The position numbers were made by a program, and so were the translations under genes. A stretch of DNA of 34,508 nt. Origin: Octopus bimaculoides. Its lineage: Eukaryota. Location of the stretch: NCBI RefSeq assembly GCF_001194135.2, contig NC_068997.1:43337840-43372347 (forward strand), given 5' to 3'. The notes below the pieces were generated by a model. The model saw only the letters and a list, made by a program, of their open reading frames with translations, did not search any database and had not been told where the DNA came from. How positions within the stretch are numbered: position 1 is the first letter of the stretch; the number at the start of each line of letters is the position of its first letter. Below are positions 10,651 through 23,401 of the stretch, piece after piece.

Positions 10651-11499
10651 AGGGCAGGTGGGGTAACATTTGAAGTCATGGCATTTCTTTGGATGAAATG
10701 ATGAAAGAAATCCCTATTAACTTCAGTTAGGGGTCATGTAGCATTGCTGCTGATATTAAAAAATATGTGTAAGGGAACTAAAATCCCCACCACCCCAGTT
10801 CTACCATTTCTGCCCCCTTTTTGTTGTACAGTCTTTATATTTGTACCAACGCAGTTTCAGTGTAAACATGTCTGAATAAAAATATTTTTTTTAACAGTGG
10901 AGGTCTGCTAGAATTTGAAGGTATTCTGAATTGGAAGTGACAATCATCTTGGCTAATTGAATTTCTATAGAATATTGCTTAATCTAATTTCATGATTACT
11001 TACTGTCCTATTAGAAATATTTGTAGGCTTCAAGTCATCCCATACTTTGTGATTGAAATCATGTTGACAGAAACTGTACAGAAACTTGTCAGATGGACCG
11101 TTCTTGTAATTCAAAGGTATAGCCTTGTCACAAGCTGGCTGAGCAATCTGTGGATTGCTCAACCACTTACATGCTAACTTAAGTGAGCAGGAAATTTAGT
11201 TCATTGAACTGCTGAATATTCAGCTTTGAAACCAATGGTAATCAACATACAATCTTACCTGGACATGATCAACCACCTTTGCTTTGTGTGTGGGTGTGTG
11301 TGAGAGAGAGATCTAGAGGGAGATGAGTGTTATTTGATGTTTGTAGAGAGAAACAAGCTTACCTATTATTGAAAGTGTGAAAACAAATTACATAGTTTGT
11401 ATTCTCCTCCACCCCACTATAAAATTAATCCCTTTCAGGTCACCACACCCACATCTCCCTCTCCTCGCTCCTGTTCAAAACATTGATTTTACAAGTCAA

Positions 11500-11675
11500 C
11501 AAGGGAGTCTTTATGTGGTTGCACAACCTGCAAGAAACAGCAACCAAATCTCCCTTAAATCACACCCTTTTGTCTTAAATAAGAAAAGGACACATTATAT
11601 AACATAGTCTAACCAGAATACCTTCGAGCATAGGTTTGGTCAGTCAAAACTGAGCTGGAACTAAGCAACAACTTA
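11500..11675 (+). repeat. repeat family F
   Basis: caacctgcaagaaacagcaaccaaatctccc...ccttcgagcataggtttggtcagtc...ctaagcaacaac. Confidence 0.65.
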
Positions 11676-12201
11676 CATTTACACAAGCAATAATTGCTTC
11701 AATCTCTTCTTCCAAACAGCTAGCAAAAACACATAAAATTACTGCCCCACTTACTGCTTGCTTAATAGAATCAGTTGTTAATTTTGCCTACAGCAGTTAC
11801 AAATTCTAGTGATTGAAGCCCTACCTACAGTGAAAATCATTATATGGATATGTTTCTTTTTACCTTTTTGATTTTTACTTTATTATTCCTTTTTTTTTTA
11901 TATTTATTTATTTCTAGCATATTCTCTGTAGAATTACTATCCACAGATTTATCATGTTAGCTTTTAATTGAAATAAGCATGGTGGTAGAATGATTTTTGA
12001 GCTAGTCCAAAAGAATTTCAATAATAAATCATTACTATGGACAAAAATGAGTTATTATTTTAGACTGCCAATATTTACTTGTGCTCAATTAGGTTTTCAA
12101 TTTGAAAATCATGCTAAAGTTGATTTTGGTTTTAATCCTTCTACAGGATTCTTAGAATAGATGGTGCATAGACAGTGCATACATTAAAATGCTTAGGGTT
12201 C

Positions 12202-12203
<2 letters not shown>

Positions 12204-12233
<30 letters not shown>

Positions 12234-12452
12234 GTTTAATGTCTGCTTTTCATGCTGGCATGGGTTGGACAGTTTGACTGAGGACTGGCTGCACCAGGTT
12301 CCAATCTGATCTAGTAAGCTTTGTACAACTGGATGCCCTTCCTAACGCCAACCACTCTGAGAGTGCAGTGGGTGCTTTTTATGTGACACCGGCATGGGGA
12401 CCAGTCAGGTGGTACTGGCATCGACCACATTCAGATGGTGCTTTTTACATGC
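12204..12452 (-). mobile_element. family C (RTE 3' end)
   Basis: (CAT)n tail, gtttaatgtctgcttttcatgctggcatgggttggac, ctggatgcccttcctaacgccaacc. Confidence 0.88.
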
Positions 12453-12660
12453 CATAGAAGTCAATTATTAGAATCAACAATTCAAATATATTCTTCTCAC
12501 AAATTTGTGGCTCTGTGCCTATGTTAGAAAACATTGTAATATTTATAAAATCACATGACAACTATAAATATTAAGTACCAGTCTTGTACTGAGATTGATC
12601 TAATCAATTATATCTTTTATCAATGGGCAATCATAATCCATCATTCTTATTACTGGTTCA

Positions 12661-13525
12661 AAGGTAGTGAGCAGGTAGAATTGTTAGCATGCAGGACAAA
12701 ATGCTTAGCTGCATTTCATCCACCTTTATGTTCCAAGTTCAAATTCTACCGAGGTCGACTTTACCTTTCATCTTTTCAAGTTTGATGAAATATGAGTACC
12801 AGTTGAGCACTGGAGTCAATGTAATCAACCCACCCCTTCCTCAAAAATTTCAGGCCTTGTGCCTATAGTAGAAAGAATTATCATTGCTAGTTCAAAGGCA
12901 GCAAGCTGACAGAATCTTTTGCACATCAGACCAAATGCTTGGTGGCATTTCTTCCTGCTCTTTATGTTCTGAGTTCACATTCTCTCAAGGTTAGCTTGGT
13001 CTTTCATCCTCTCAGGGTCAATAAAATAAGTACCAGTTAAGCAATGGGATCAATGTAATCAACTTACCCCTCCTTCTAGAAACAAAAATTGCTGGTCTGG
13101 TGCCAAAATTTGAAACCACTTTTATTACCAGTTTGGTGGTGTGGTAAAATATTGGACTAGGTGTATTTTAGTGTTTAACTTCCTGAGTTCAATTTTTGCT
13201 GAAGTGAACTTTGCCTTTTACCTTTCACCAGTACAGTGGAGTTGGTGTAATCATTTAACCCTGCTCACCTCAAAAGGTGCTGGTCTTGTAAGTAACTATA
13301 TTTGAAACAATATTAAGGGTAGTGAACTGGCAGACTCATTAGAACATCATACAAAATACTTTGCAGCAATGTTTTTCTGGCTCTTTACATTCTGAGTTCA
13401 GATCCCACCATGATCAAATTGAGTTTCATCCTTTCAGAGGTGATGATATCAATTACTCCTCACTCCACTTAAAATAACTGGCTTTGTGCTGCCATTTCTT
13501 CTAGCTCTTTATGTTCTGAGTTCAA
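12661..13525 (+). mobile_element. head-to-tail array of four SINE family B copies plus a fragment
   Basis: Units start near 12661, 12890, 13130, 13313 and 13491. Each carries the ttc..agttca B-box region; the full units add a ctttc(atc) core and a gctgg.c(t)tgtg tail. Confidence 0.8.
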
Positions 13526-14414
13526 CACGTGGGTGTGTGTGTGTGTGGGTGTGTGCGTGCGTGCGCACACACCATGTGCTGTGTTAAAACAACACCAAAA
13601 ATGAAACCTGTATACCCATGCATTGACTCTTCATATAGCTTGGTGTAGCTGATAAATTGTTAATGAATGGTTCAAAAATACAATTAATCTAATTATCACA
13701 TTAACCAATTTATATGTTTACCATTCAGCCAATCAGAATATTTCCCTCCAAAATATCAACATAGCCCTCCAAAATATCGACATTGCCCTTTAGAAGTTCT
13801 ACTACTAGCGCCTTTACTTTTATTTATTTGTTTGTTTAATTGTTTACTTATTGATTTATTCTATTTTATTTTTACTTGTTTGGAATGGGATAATTATTTG
13901 GTGGTAAAACATCGCTCAGAGATTTGGTACTTCTACAGCTTTTCATGTACATTTATATTATTACCACCCAACAAGCAGTTGAGGTTATTTTGATCTATTT
14001 ATAATGATCATCAATCGATTGCTACATCTCACAATTGTTTGTGTGTAGATAAACAATGGTATGTTTCCACAACACAAAAAAACATTAACTTATATTTAGG
14101 AAACAGTCTTTTGCCTCACCCTCTCTCCTCTTGGACAACAACCAACTGAAACTTTGTAGGAGATAACAAAAAAACTTGTTCATAGAGATGAAAATATCAA
14201 TGGCTCATTTGTAATTTTTTCTTGCAGAAGATAAATCTCTTCTGATCTTGTATTGGATTGCCCATCATCATACAGATGTGAAATTTATTCAAATTTCAAA
14301 AATGATAAACAAAAGTTGTAGAGGAAGAAAATACTATGATGAAAATATTTTTTGTGTTAATTCAATTAACACTGGAAAGGGTACATGCTAAAAAAATGAA
14401 CATATTTGTAGGTA

Positions 14415-14810
14415 CTGGCATGGCCTTGTGGTAAGAAGTTTTCTTCTCAACCACACAATTCCAGGTTCAGTCCCACTGGTAGTACCTTTGGCAAGTGCCT
14501 TCTACTATGGCCTCAAGCTGGCCAGAGCCTGATGAAAACTGTAAGAAGCCCGTTGTACGTGTGTGTGTGAGAGAGAGAGTCTCTTTGTGTCTGTGTTTGT
14601 CCCCCATCACTGCTAGACAACTGGTGTTGGTGTATTTACATCCCTGTAACATAGTAGTTCAATATAGAAACAGCTAGAATAAGTACCAGGCTTGAGAAAA
14701 AGAAAATATGTACTGGGGTTGATTAGTTCAACTAAAACTCCTCAAGGCAGTGCCCCAGCATGGCCACAATCTAATGACTGAAACAAGTAAAAGGTAAAAG
14801 ATAAAAGATG
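14415..14810 (+). mobile_element. SINE family A, full length, CpG-decayed
   Basis: Collinear with the 19486 copy; consensus CpGs converted to TG or CA. Confidence 0.88.
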
Positions 14811-15308
14811 AATATATCTGACAACCCAACAATTCACTGCACTGTACTTGGTTTGTAAGTAGAGGTTAAAAACAGAACTAAATTTAACAGATCTTAATTT
14901 ACGAAATCAAACAAGGCAAAGTTTTGATAAAATTATTTCTAAAGATGTACACAAGTTGATTGCATAATTTGTGTTGTAGGAATATGATACCAGGCAGCTT
15001 ACTTATGGTTGTTGATGAAGAGCTTACGAGAGAATTAGAGCCAGACATTGAATTTTACTTCTGTTTAAATAACCAAAAACGACTCATAAACTACTAATTT
15101 CTAATTGTTAAAATTTTTTGATTGGCTAAAATATTAGCATGTGACTATGGTGAAGTTGAAATGTCACCTGCAAGAAATCACTGCTTATGCTAGACTTTAT
15201 AATCTTTTATATCCTTCATTGTTATCCCACATGCATAACTAAAAAATGTATCCCAAAGACTGCCTTTCTTCTTCAGTGTCAAAAGATATTTCAGTGTTGA
15301 TCATTTAA

Positions 15309-15528
15309 CCCCTTAGTATTCAGATTATCCTGTCAAATGTAACGCTTATTTATTCATATTCGTTTGAATTAGTCATGCATTATCTTGCAGCTTTGCAGAT
15401 TTCAATAATGTAATTGTTATTTTTAGAATAATATCGTAAGGTACATGTGAGAGACCAGATCTAGCCAGTTTGAACATAACACTGGTAGAATATTTTGGGT
15501 GGATAAGGCCAATTTAAATGCTAAAGGG
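15309..15528. mobile_element. piggyBac-type MITE
   Basis: TTAA on both sides (15305-15308, 15529-15532). Ends CCCCTTAGTATTCA and TAAATGCTAAAGGG are imperfect TIRs starting with CCC, as in piggyBac. 220 bp, non-coding. A second copy lies at 27857. Confidence 0.8.
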
Positions 15529-15679
15529 TTAATAGTATTCTATAAATCTTAAGTAAAACCCACAAAGGAGTACTGCTCCCATACACATCCAAAAGAAAAT
15601 CATTTAAGTGATTGACAAATACTCATCAACACACTACAACCTCCACTCTACAGATATGTCTCTTTACTCTGCCTTTTCT

Positions 15680-15835
15680 AATCACATCTTCTGCTACTCT
15701 TAACTAGGTGATTGCAAACTACTTCTACCCATCTCTCTTCCTCTCATCACTACAATGTCAACCCTCTGGAATTTCCTTTCAACCCATGTTTTGATGTTAA
15801 ACTTGCAGACTTTCAAGCTAAATATAAACTGTATT
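15680..15835 (+). pseudogene. CR1-like LINE 3' remnant
   Basis: Reads TTMSTLWNFLSTHVLMLNLQTFKLNINCIK, the same family as the 10500 fragment. Confidence 0.5.
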
Positions 15836-16214
15836 AAAGGACTTGCAAATTTTATGGCCATAGTCTGTTCTCTTATCTAAGTCATAGAATAAAAAAGAAT
15901 GTAGAACTGACAGTGATACAAAGTCCTACAATTGAAATTTTATTTTCCCTCAAATAAATCTTTACAATTGCTGGAAGTTGTACATCTCTACAAAAAGACA
16001 AACATACTGACTGAGATTTGCAGGGTGTGCCGTCAATCTATGTAATTCACAACAAAGTATGCCATGCTACTGGTACCAAATATTTCCAAGGAAGATTCTG
16101 TATGGTCATTCAACCTGCAAGAAATAGTAATCAAATCACCCTCATATCGCACCCTGCTATCTTAAAAAGGGGAAGTAATCAGATGTATTCAGGACAGTGT
16201 AACGGATACATCAT

Positions 16215-16602
16215 TGTTGATGTCACTCCGTCGCTTACGACTTCGAGGGTTCCAGTTGATCCAATCAACGGAACAGCCTACTCGTGAAATTAACGTGCAA
16301 GTGGCTGAACACTCCATAGACACGTGTACCCTTAACGTAGTTCTCAGGGAGATGCAGCATGACACAGTGTGACAAGGCTGACCCTTTGAATTACAGGCAC
16401 AACAGAAACAGGAAGTAAGAGTGAGAGAAAGTTGTGGTGGAAGAGTACAGCAGGGTTCGCCACCATCCCCTGCCGGAGCCTCGTGGAGCTTTAGGTGTTT
16501 TCGCTCAATAAACACACACAACGCCTGCTCTGGGAATCGAAACTGCGATCCTATGACCACGAATCTGCTGCCCTAACCACTGGGCCATTGCGCCTCCACA
16601 AA
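16215..16602 (-). mobile_element. tRNA(Arg)-like SINE family D, full length with 11-bp TSD
   Basis: Minus-strand head ggaggcgcaatggcccagtggttagggcagcag...gtttcgattccc carries A and B boxes. TSD GGATACATCAT at 16204-16214 and 16603-16613. Possibly one of the described octopus tRNA-Arg-derived SINEs (not verified). Confidence 0.92.
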
Positions 16603-17122
16603 GGATACATCATACCTTTAAGGAAACTTGGGATAGTTGCAGTTGGAATGTCTATAATCATAATTCTAATCACTTGAGGCAGACCTAGGACAAAGCAGCA
16701 GCATGTTTCCCTATAATTCTCACTATGCCAGTCGACTTTGTTGTAAATGAATATCATAGGAATGTATAGCTATTTACTATAGACAAATGATATGGGATGT
16801 TATGTACATATGAAGTGATTTGGTATTTTGCAGTGATAAAATAAAACCTTTCCATGGGTTACTCAGATGGTTTAATATACCACCAGCATGTTATTGATAT
16901 GCAACCCATAAAAGTGGTGGATTATCAGAATTAGGTGAAGTGGCTGACAAAATACCTTGTGGCATTCAGTTATAAACCATTATATTCTGAGTTCAAACCG
17001 TACCAGTGCTGAATTTATTTTTCTTTCTGGGGTTGATAAAATAGTTATTAAACAAGTATTACTGTCAGTATAACTAACAAATAAAAGTTATTTTTTTATT
17101 TAATTGATAAAAAATTTTTATA

Positions 17123-17495
17123 GGTGCAGGCAAGGCTGTATGGTAAGAAACTTGCTTTCCAACCACTTGGTTCCAGGTTCAGTCCCACAGTGTGTGTCAC
17201 CTTGGGCAAGTGTCTTCTACTATTGCCTTGAGCCAACCAAAACCTTGTGAGTGGATTTGGAAAACAGAAACTGAAAGAATCCTGTCGTGTGTGTGTGTGT
17301 GTGTGTTTGTTCCCCTATCACCACTTGACAACCAGTGTTGGTGTGTTTATGTCCTCATAACTTAGTGGTTCGGCAAAAGAGATTGGTAGAATAAGTACTA
17401 GGCCTACAAAGAATATGTCCTGGGGTCAATTTGTTCGACTAAAAAGGTAGTGCGCCAACATGGCTGCAGTGAAATGACTGAAACAAGTAAAAGAA
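17123..17495 (+). mobile_element. SINE family A, full length
   Basis: Collinear with the 19486 copy from ggtgcaggcaaggctgtatggtaag to gactgaaacaagtaaaag. Confidence 0.88.
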
Positions 17496-18190
17496 TTATG
17501 ATTATACAGCACTTAACAAAATTGTTACCCTGACAATCTCCTCTTAGAGTTATTTGCAAGGTTGGGAGTGTGACCTAAACAAGAGCAATGAGTTCTTTGA
17601 TTTTTCTCTTGTGTTGACACAAATGTACAACTAATTCCATCACCTGGAATATTACCAAACTGTGTCACCTGGAATATTACCAAAAAATTTACAATTTATC
17701 ATCTACTCTGATGCATCATTCATTGCACAAATAAATCAAACGTGGTGGGGAAGAAGGGATAATTATCATGTAACAACAGACCACTAATAAAATATTAAAT
17801 ATTTATTATGAGAAGTAGTACACATTCATTAGCCAGTCTACAAAACTAGTTAAAATCATGGAACAATATTGAACAATTTTGTTTTTTAATCTTTGTTCTC
17901 TAGGTTTTCTTTTCAATAATTAATTATCTGATTAAATGTCTAAATGTCTGAGATGAGTGGTTGTTTGTCTGAAAAATTATCAACTTATTAGTAATTTCAT
18001 CTTTAGAGATGAAAATTGATTATATATGAGTGTGTGTGTGTGTGCATGCATGTACATATATGTATATATGTGTGTGCATGAATATATATATATGTGTGTG
18101 TGTGTATATTAATGTTTGTTTTTTGTTCTGGTATAATAAATCAATTTTACATTATTCTGATGGGTTACTCTATACTTGTGTAGAGTACAA

Positions 18191-18335
18191 ATTTATTAGT
18201 CTTAAACAAGACTGTTATTGACAGTAACTTTGAAGTTTCAGCTAGCTAAGCCATCATCAAACTTTCCAATAATGGTTTAGCTGCCTAAAACTCTGAAGTC
18301 ACTGTCAACAACATTCTTGTTTAATAATAATAAAT
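18191..18335. other. long gap-free inverted repeat (65-bp arms, 15-nt spacer)
   Basis: 18191-18255 pairs with 18271-18335: 52 Watson-Crick pairs, 4 G.U and 9 mismatches on the + strand, no indels (paired by hand). Confidence 0.9.
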
Positions 18336-18439
18336 ACATATATGTATAAATGTGTGTATATATGAATGTCTATATACATGTATATATGTGTGTGTGTGTA
18401 TAGATATATGTGTGACTGTGTATATTATTGTGTGTGTGT

Positions 18440-18823
18440 GTTGTTGTTGGCACTCCGTCGCTTACAATGTCGAGGGTTCCAGTTGATCCGATCAACGGAA
18501 CAGCCTGCTCGTGAAATTAACATGCAAGTGGCTGAGCACTCCACAGACGCGTATACCCATAACGTAGTTCTCGGGGATATTCAGCGTGACACAGTGTGAC
18601 AAGGCTGACCCTTTGAATTACAGGTACAACAGAAACAGGAAGTAAGAGTGAGAGAAAGTTGTGGTGAAAGAGTACAGCAGGGTTCGCCACCATCCCCTGC
18701 CGGAGCCTTGTGCTACTTTAGGTGTTTTCACTTAATAAACACTCACAACGCCGGTCTGGGAATCGAAACCGTGATCCTATGACCGCGAGTCTGCTGCCCT
18801 AACCACTGGGCCATTGTGCTTCC
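18440..18823 (-). mobile_element. SINE family D, full length
   Basis: Closely matches the 16215 copy along its whole length. (CAA)n tail on the minus strand; inserted in a TG/TA tract. Confidence 0.92.
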
Positions 18824-19485
18824 TATGTGTGTGTATATATAAATATAAACACATACACGCACGCATCTTTACTATATACAATTTTTAGTGACCGAGTGAA
18901 CAAGAGTTTTGTTACATGTAGTTTAGAAATAAACTAACCTTTCTAGTTTGAATCCGTTCTGGTACACATTGAAGACTAAGCTACATAAAGACACAAAATT
19001 AATTTATTGAAACTTAGTGTAGATATTAATATTTTTAAAATGATGAATGCACTTAAGTCTGAAAAATAATCTTAATTTATTGGCTTTTTTTTATATTTCT
19101 TTATATCAATGTCATCAGATTGAAAGATAAAGTATATAAATTAGACAAATACAGATTACTGTGTAATACCTGTCTATCATTTTTTTCTTCCTGTACTTAT
19201 TAAAATTGTGCTTGCCCTATCTTTTGAATCTTCCAGTCCATGAAAATAAAAAGTGGATGTGAAATGACTTGTAAATGTGACCTTTCTTCTAACGTTTAAC
19301 TGTTTGTTTACTATAATATTTTTGTCTAACTCCATTAGTATTTTTATGCAATTCTAGTCTATAAAAAGCAGTCTACAATGTTTGTCTCCAAATAATTAAG
19401 ACATAGTGGCGCTTTGGTGTTTGTCATATATATAGAACTAGTATTCAGAAGTTACTATGTGTATATATATATATATATATATATA

Positions 19486-19880
19486 GGCGCAGGAGTGGCT
19501 GTGTGGTAAGTAGCCTGCTTACCAACCACATGGTTCCGGGTTCATTCCCACTGCGTAGCACCTTGGGTAAGTGTCTTCTGCTATAGCCTCGGGCCGACCA
19601 AAGCCTTGTGAGTGGATTTGGTAGACGGAAACTGAAAGAAGCCTGTCGTATATATGTATATGTGTGTATATGTTTGTGTGTCTGTGTTTGTCCCCCTAAC
19701 ATCGCTTGACAACCGATGGTGGTGTGTTTATGTCCCCGTAACTTAGCGGTTCGGCAAAGAGACTGATAGAATAAGTACTAGGCTTATAAAGAATAAGTCC
19801 TGGGGTCGATTTGCTCGACTAAAGGCGGTGCCCCAGCATGGCCGCAGTCAAATGACTGAAACAAGTAAAAGAGTAAAAGG
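19486..19880 (+). mobile_element. SINE family A, young full-length copy
   Basis: A-box-like tggctgtgtggtaa, B-box-like gggttcattccc, CORE-like gcaccttgggtaagtgtctt, internal TA/TG tract, gagtaaaa tail. CpGs intact; sits in (TA)n. Confidence 0.93.
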
Positions 19881-20007
19881 ATATATATAAATATATATAT
19901 AAGTTTGAATGTTTGTACAAGCAACAAAATCAAATGAAATCTTGAAGGCTGTGCCCCAGCATGACCGCATTAAAAACTGAAGCTATAAAAAGATTTTTAA
20001 AATATTG

Positions 20008-20009
<2 letters not shown>

Positions 20010-20057
<48 letters not shown>

Positions 20058-20112
20058 CTCTCTCTCTCTCTCTCTTTCTCTCTCACTCTCTCTCTCTCTC
20101 TCTCTCTCTCTC
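20010..20112. repeat. (CA)n(CT)n compound microsatellite
   Basis: Direct inspection. Confidence 0.97.
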
Positions 20113-20689
20113 ATTGTTGCCATTGCCAGCTGTCCTCATAGAGAACTGAAATCTAGTATATGTGAAAACCTGAATAACATTGTATAAATATGTGATGTTT
20201 GCACTGCATATCTTCAACATCACGTAAGCTTGCCATATATAACTGCCTGTTTGCCTATGTTCTTTATTGGTTCATACTTAGCCCATTCTTTATAATTAGG
20301 TGCACGTACACACACAATCAATCAGTGTGCTGGGCATTAAAGACATTGATTGAGCATTGTTGTTTAGCCCCCGGGTCAACCACATTCAAACAGAACTATA
20401 TAGAAAGGTTTTCCAGGTATACATTTATGTATTTGTTTTGCAAGGTTTCCAGGCATAACCATCCTATAATTAATTCAGACATAGTCTATGTAGGGTTTCA
20501 TTATCTGATGTATCTTCCATTTTTTAAAGACAGAGTTGTCCAAGTGGGATCGATTCTAGGTTTGTGTGTTTGTGAAGCAATCTTTTTAATTACACACATG
20601 CACATATACACACATACACACACATGTATACATGCATACACACACATGCATGATTGTTTATTTCATACACAAATAAATCGTGAAATAAC

Positions 20690-21097
20690 CAGTGCAGTCT
20701 GCAAGAGAGAAGACTGCGCTGGTTTGGTCATGTGATGTGTCAGTTCTATAAAGAAGTACCAATCTCTGTGCAAGTGGGAAACTCAAGAAGACATGGGATG
20801 TAGTACTGAAGAACAACCTCAGGAAGCTGAACCTTTCAGGTGAGATGACAAAGGACTGAAACACCTGGTGCCTGGCCATACTCAAGCAGACCCATACTGC
20901 GCAGCAGAAGTGTTAAGATCAATCCTGTTGGTGGTGTAAAACACTTGTAGCTGTGCCACATAAAAGCACCCAGCACACTGTAAAATGGTTGGCGTTAGGA
21001 AAGGCATCCAGCTGTAGAAACCATGCCAAATCAGACTTGAGTCTGTTGTCCATGCCAGCATCAATAACAGACGTAAATGATGATGATGATGATGATG
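20690..21097 (+). mobile_element. RTE LINE 3' end including the ORF C-terminus (identifies family C as an RTE 3' end)
   Basis: SLQERRLRWFGHVM...KKTWDVVLKNNLRKLNLSGEMTKD*NTW matches the RTE C-terminal RRLRWYGHV...KTW motif. It runs directly into the family C tail and (GAT)n. Confidence 0.8.
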
Positions 21098-23295
21098 TTT
21101 GTATTTTCTGTTTGATTATTTGTAACCTTCATTATCTCTCGTTGTGATATCAGCTGTATTGACTTTAATTCAGAGACGCAGATGGTGCAGTGGTCTTGAG
21201 ATTTGCTTTCCTAAGAGCCTTGCTGCTGTATAAAGAAGTGAAATAGCTAAAGCTAGGAATCAAAATAGATTGAACCAAAGAGAATGCAAGTGTTATACAT
21301 ACAACCCATATACTCAAATAGTTTCAACTATTTCTAACTATATATATATCCCATCCGCTGAATCAAGTAGCTCATTCATTCGATAAGCTTGTAAGTGTGA
21401 AACATATCGTCATCTGTAACAATTACTTATCAGTGTTTCTACTCTTGTAATATGTGTAACACTAGGGTAATACAAATTTTGAGAAAGAAACTCTTGGTTG
21501 TTAAGGTTGTGGTAGTGACAATGGTGTATAGAGAAAGATATATATGAAAGAGAGAGAGAGAGAGGAAAGGATTCTAAGAAGTAAGTTGTGTTATGTCACG
21601 GTGTTTTTAGCTATCTCTTTCTTTCATTCCTTCTGTCTGCCTTTCTTTCTCTCTCTATTTTTCGCCATTCACTATTATGTACCCCAGTGTCTCTACCACC
21701 ACCACTATCATAACAACCAACAGTTTGTATGTATTCATGCATGTGTGTAGTTAGTTACGTTTGCTGTGGTGATTGTTCAAGTTTCTCTTTACAACTTTTT
21801 ATACATGCCATGGGACACAAAGAAAACACAAACAGTGCACACACAAAAATGGGTTGTAGGTACTACTACTTTTAATGTAATGTACTACATAATATCATTT
21901 GTGACAACTTCTCGTTTTGAGTTCTTTGTAGAAGAGCAGCATCTAATTAATTTATAACTAACTTTCTGGAACTAGCACTGAAATCTCTTTCAAATCCTAC
22001 CATATTGTCTTAAAACATGACGCAAAGCATTATCCAGATAACATTACTCCTGAATGTTCTATGTTAAAAAGAAAAATCTCAGAAAATGGACGGCAATATC
22101 TTTGATCATAGTCTGCTCAATCAGAAACAACCAAGAGCTAAATAGCAATGACAACAGAATGATGTAGACAGACATGGCTTGTGAGGAGCTTATTTTCTGT
22201 TGTACATTATCTGTCATGTAATATAGATAAAAATAGATGAATAGATATCTGGAAAGAGAAGAGAAGAAAGACAAAAACAGACTGGGAAATGGCTATAATC
22301 TTTTTATTTTCTGTGTCAGTTTAGTTCAGTAATTATTTTTAACCTTCATATGGTTCCCTTTTTACACAGAAGAGGGAGTCTCCATCTTGGCAATTCTATT
22401 TGTTGAGTCTACAGAAACATTTCTGTTCAAGCAGCTTTTATAATTTTTTTTATTTTTTTTTTATCTATATATAATTTTAGTAATGATTAAGTCATCTCCA
22501 TAATATCTTCAAGTCAAGTCTTTTGCTGCTATTATTTTTTTCTTTCTTTCTTTTTTTTTCATCGCCAATATACAAAAGTATCTGCTCACTTAATTTAATT
22601 CTACTTGTCTATCAGTTGTCAATGACGCCACCAGAGAGAGAGGGTCGGTCTATCTTTCCTTCGTATTCTTTTCTCTCTCCTCTTCTCTATGATGCCTTAA
22701 TATGCAATATGAATGTCATTTTAAGAGCATTCAACATCATTACAACCACTACCACAACATTACTTTGTCTTCGCCTAGTCACTGCTTTTTTTTCCCCTCT
22801 TCTTTTCCTGCAACTTCTCAGCAGACATTTATTGATAAATGCTTATCGTTAAATATTCCTCGTTATTTGCTTCATTCCTTTGTCTACTTTGTAACTTTAA
22901 AAAAAAGCTTTTTTATTTTTTCAATATTTGAATCATCATTTTTACATTGCTTTCAAATTAAGACATGTCTAATCTGCATAGTTTGTCCATTATTCTTCTT
23001 TATGGCAGTCTCTTCCAACATATATATTGTACGTGGAGTATGTGTGTGTGTACATGCACACACACACAAACATATATGTATTTATCATCATCATTTTAAT
23101 GTACATATGTCCATGCTTGCATAAGCCAAATAGAATTTGTTGAGTCAGATTTTCTACTGCCAGATGCGATACTTGTTGCCAGCACCCATTTGTGATATTT
23201 TCCCATAAACAGACTTTTTCCATGGAAGACTAGAATTGGATATCACTTTTATGATGCTGATGTTCATTTGCAGACATTGTGCAGGGCCAAGACAA

Positions 23296-23317
23296 GTGTG
23301 TGTGTGTGTGTGTGTGT

Positions 23318-23401
<84 letters not shown>

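Noticed and set aside
10965-11162. 65-aa ORF with a protein-like look (NYKNGPSDKFLYSFCQHDF)
   Set aside because: Its first half is a fragment of SINE family D-related sequence (gtgacaaggct..cctttgaattaca); no recognisable domain.
13745-13790. 21-bp period repeat ccctccaaaatatc
   Set aside because: Two copies inside what looks like an unclassified interspersed repeat; no independent significance.
16530-16597. tRNA(Arg)-like sequence (also at about 18755-18823)
   Set aside because: It is the SINE D head: no proper acceptor stem, continues into the SINE body, and has a TSD.
17640-17684. 20-bp direct repeat with 25-bp period (TCACCTGGAATATTACCAAA)
   Set aside because: Only two copies; an ordinary small tandem duplication, not a CRISPR-like array.
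20199-20735. 178-aa ORF, plus the other ORF-track entries rich in CV, YI, HT or SL
   Set aside because: These read through microsatellites and SINE fragments; compositional artefacts.
22560-23040. Mild CpG excess with a TGACGCCA CRE-like motif
   Set aside because: Only about 8 CpG in 480 bp and no supporting core-promoter signal.
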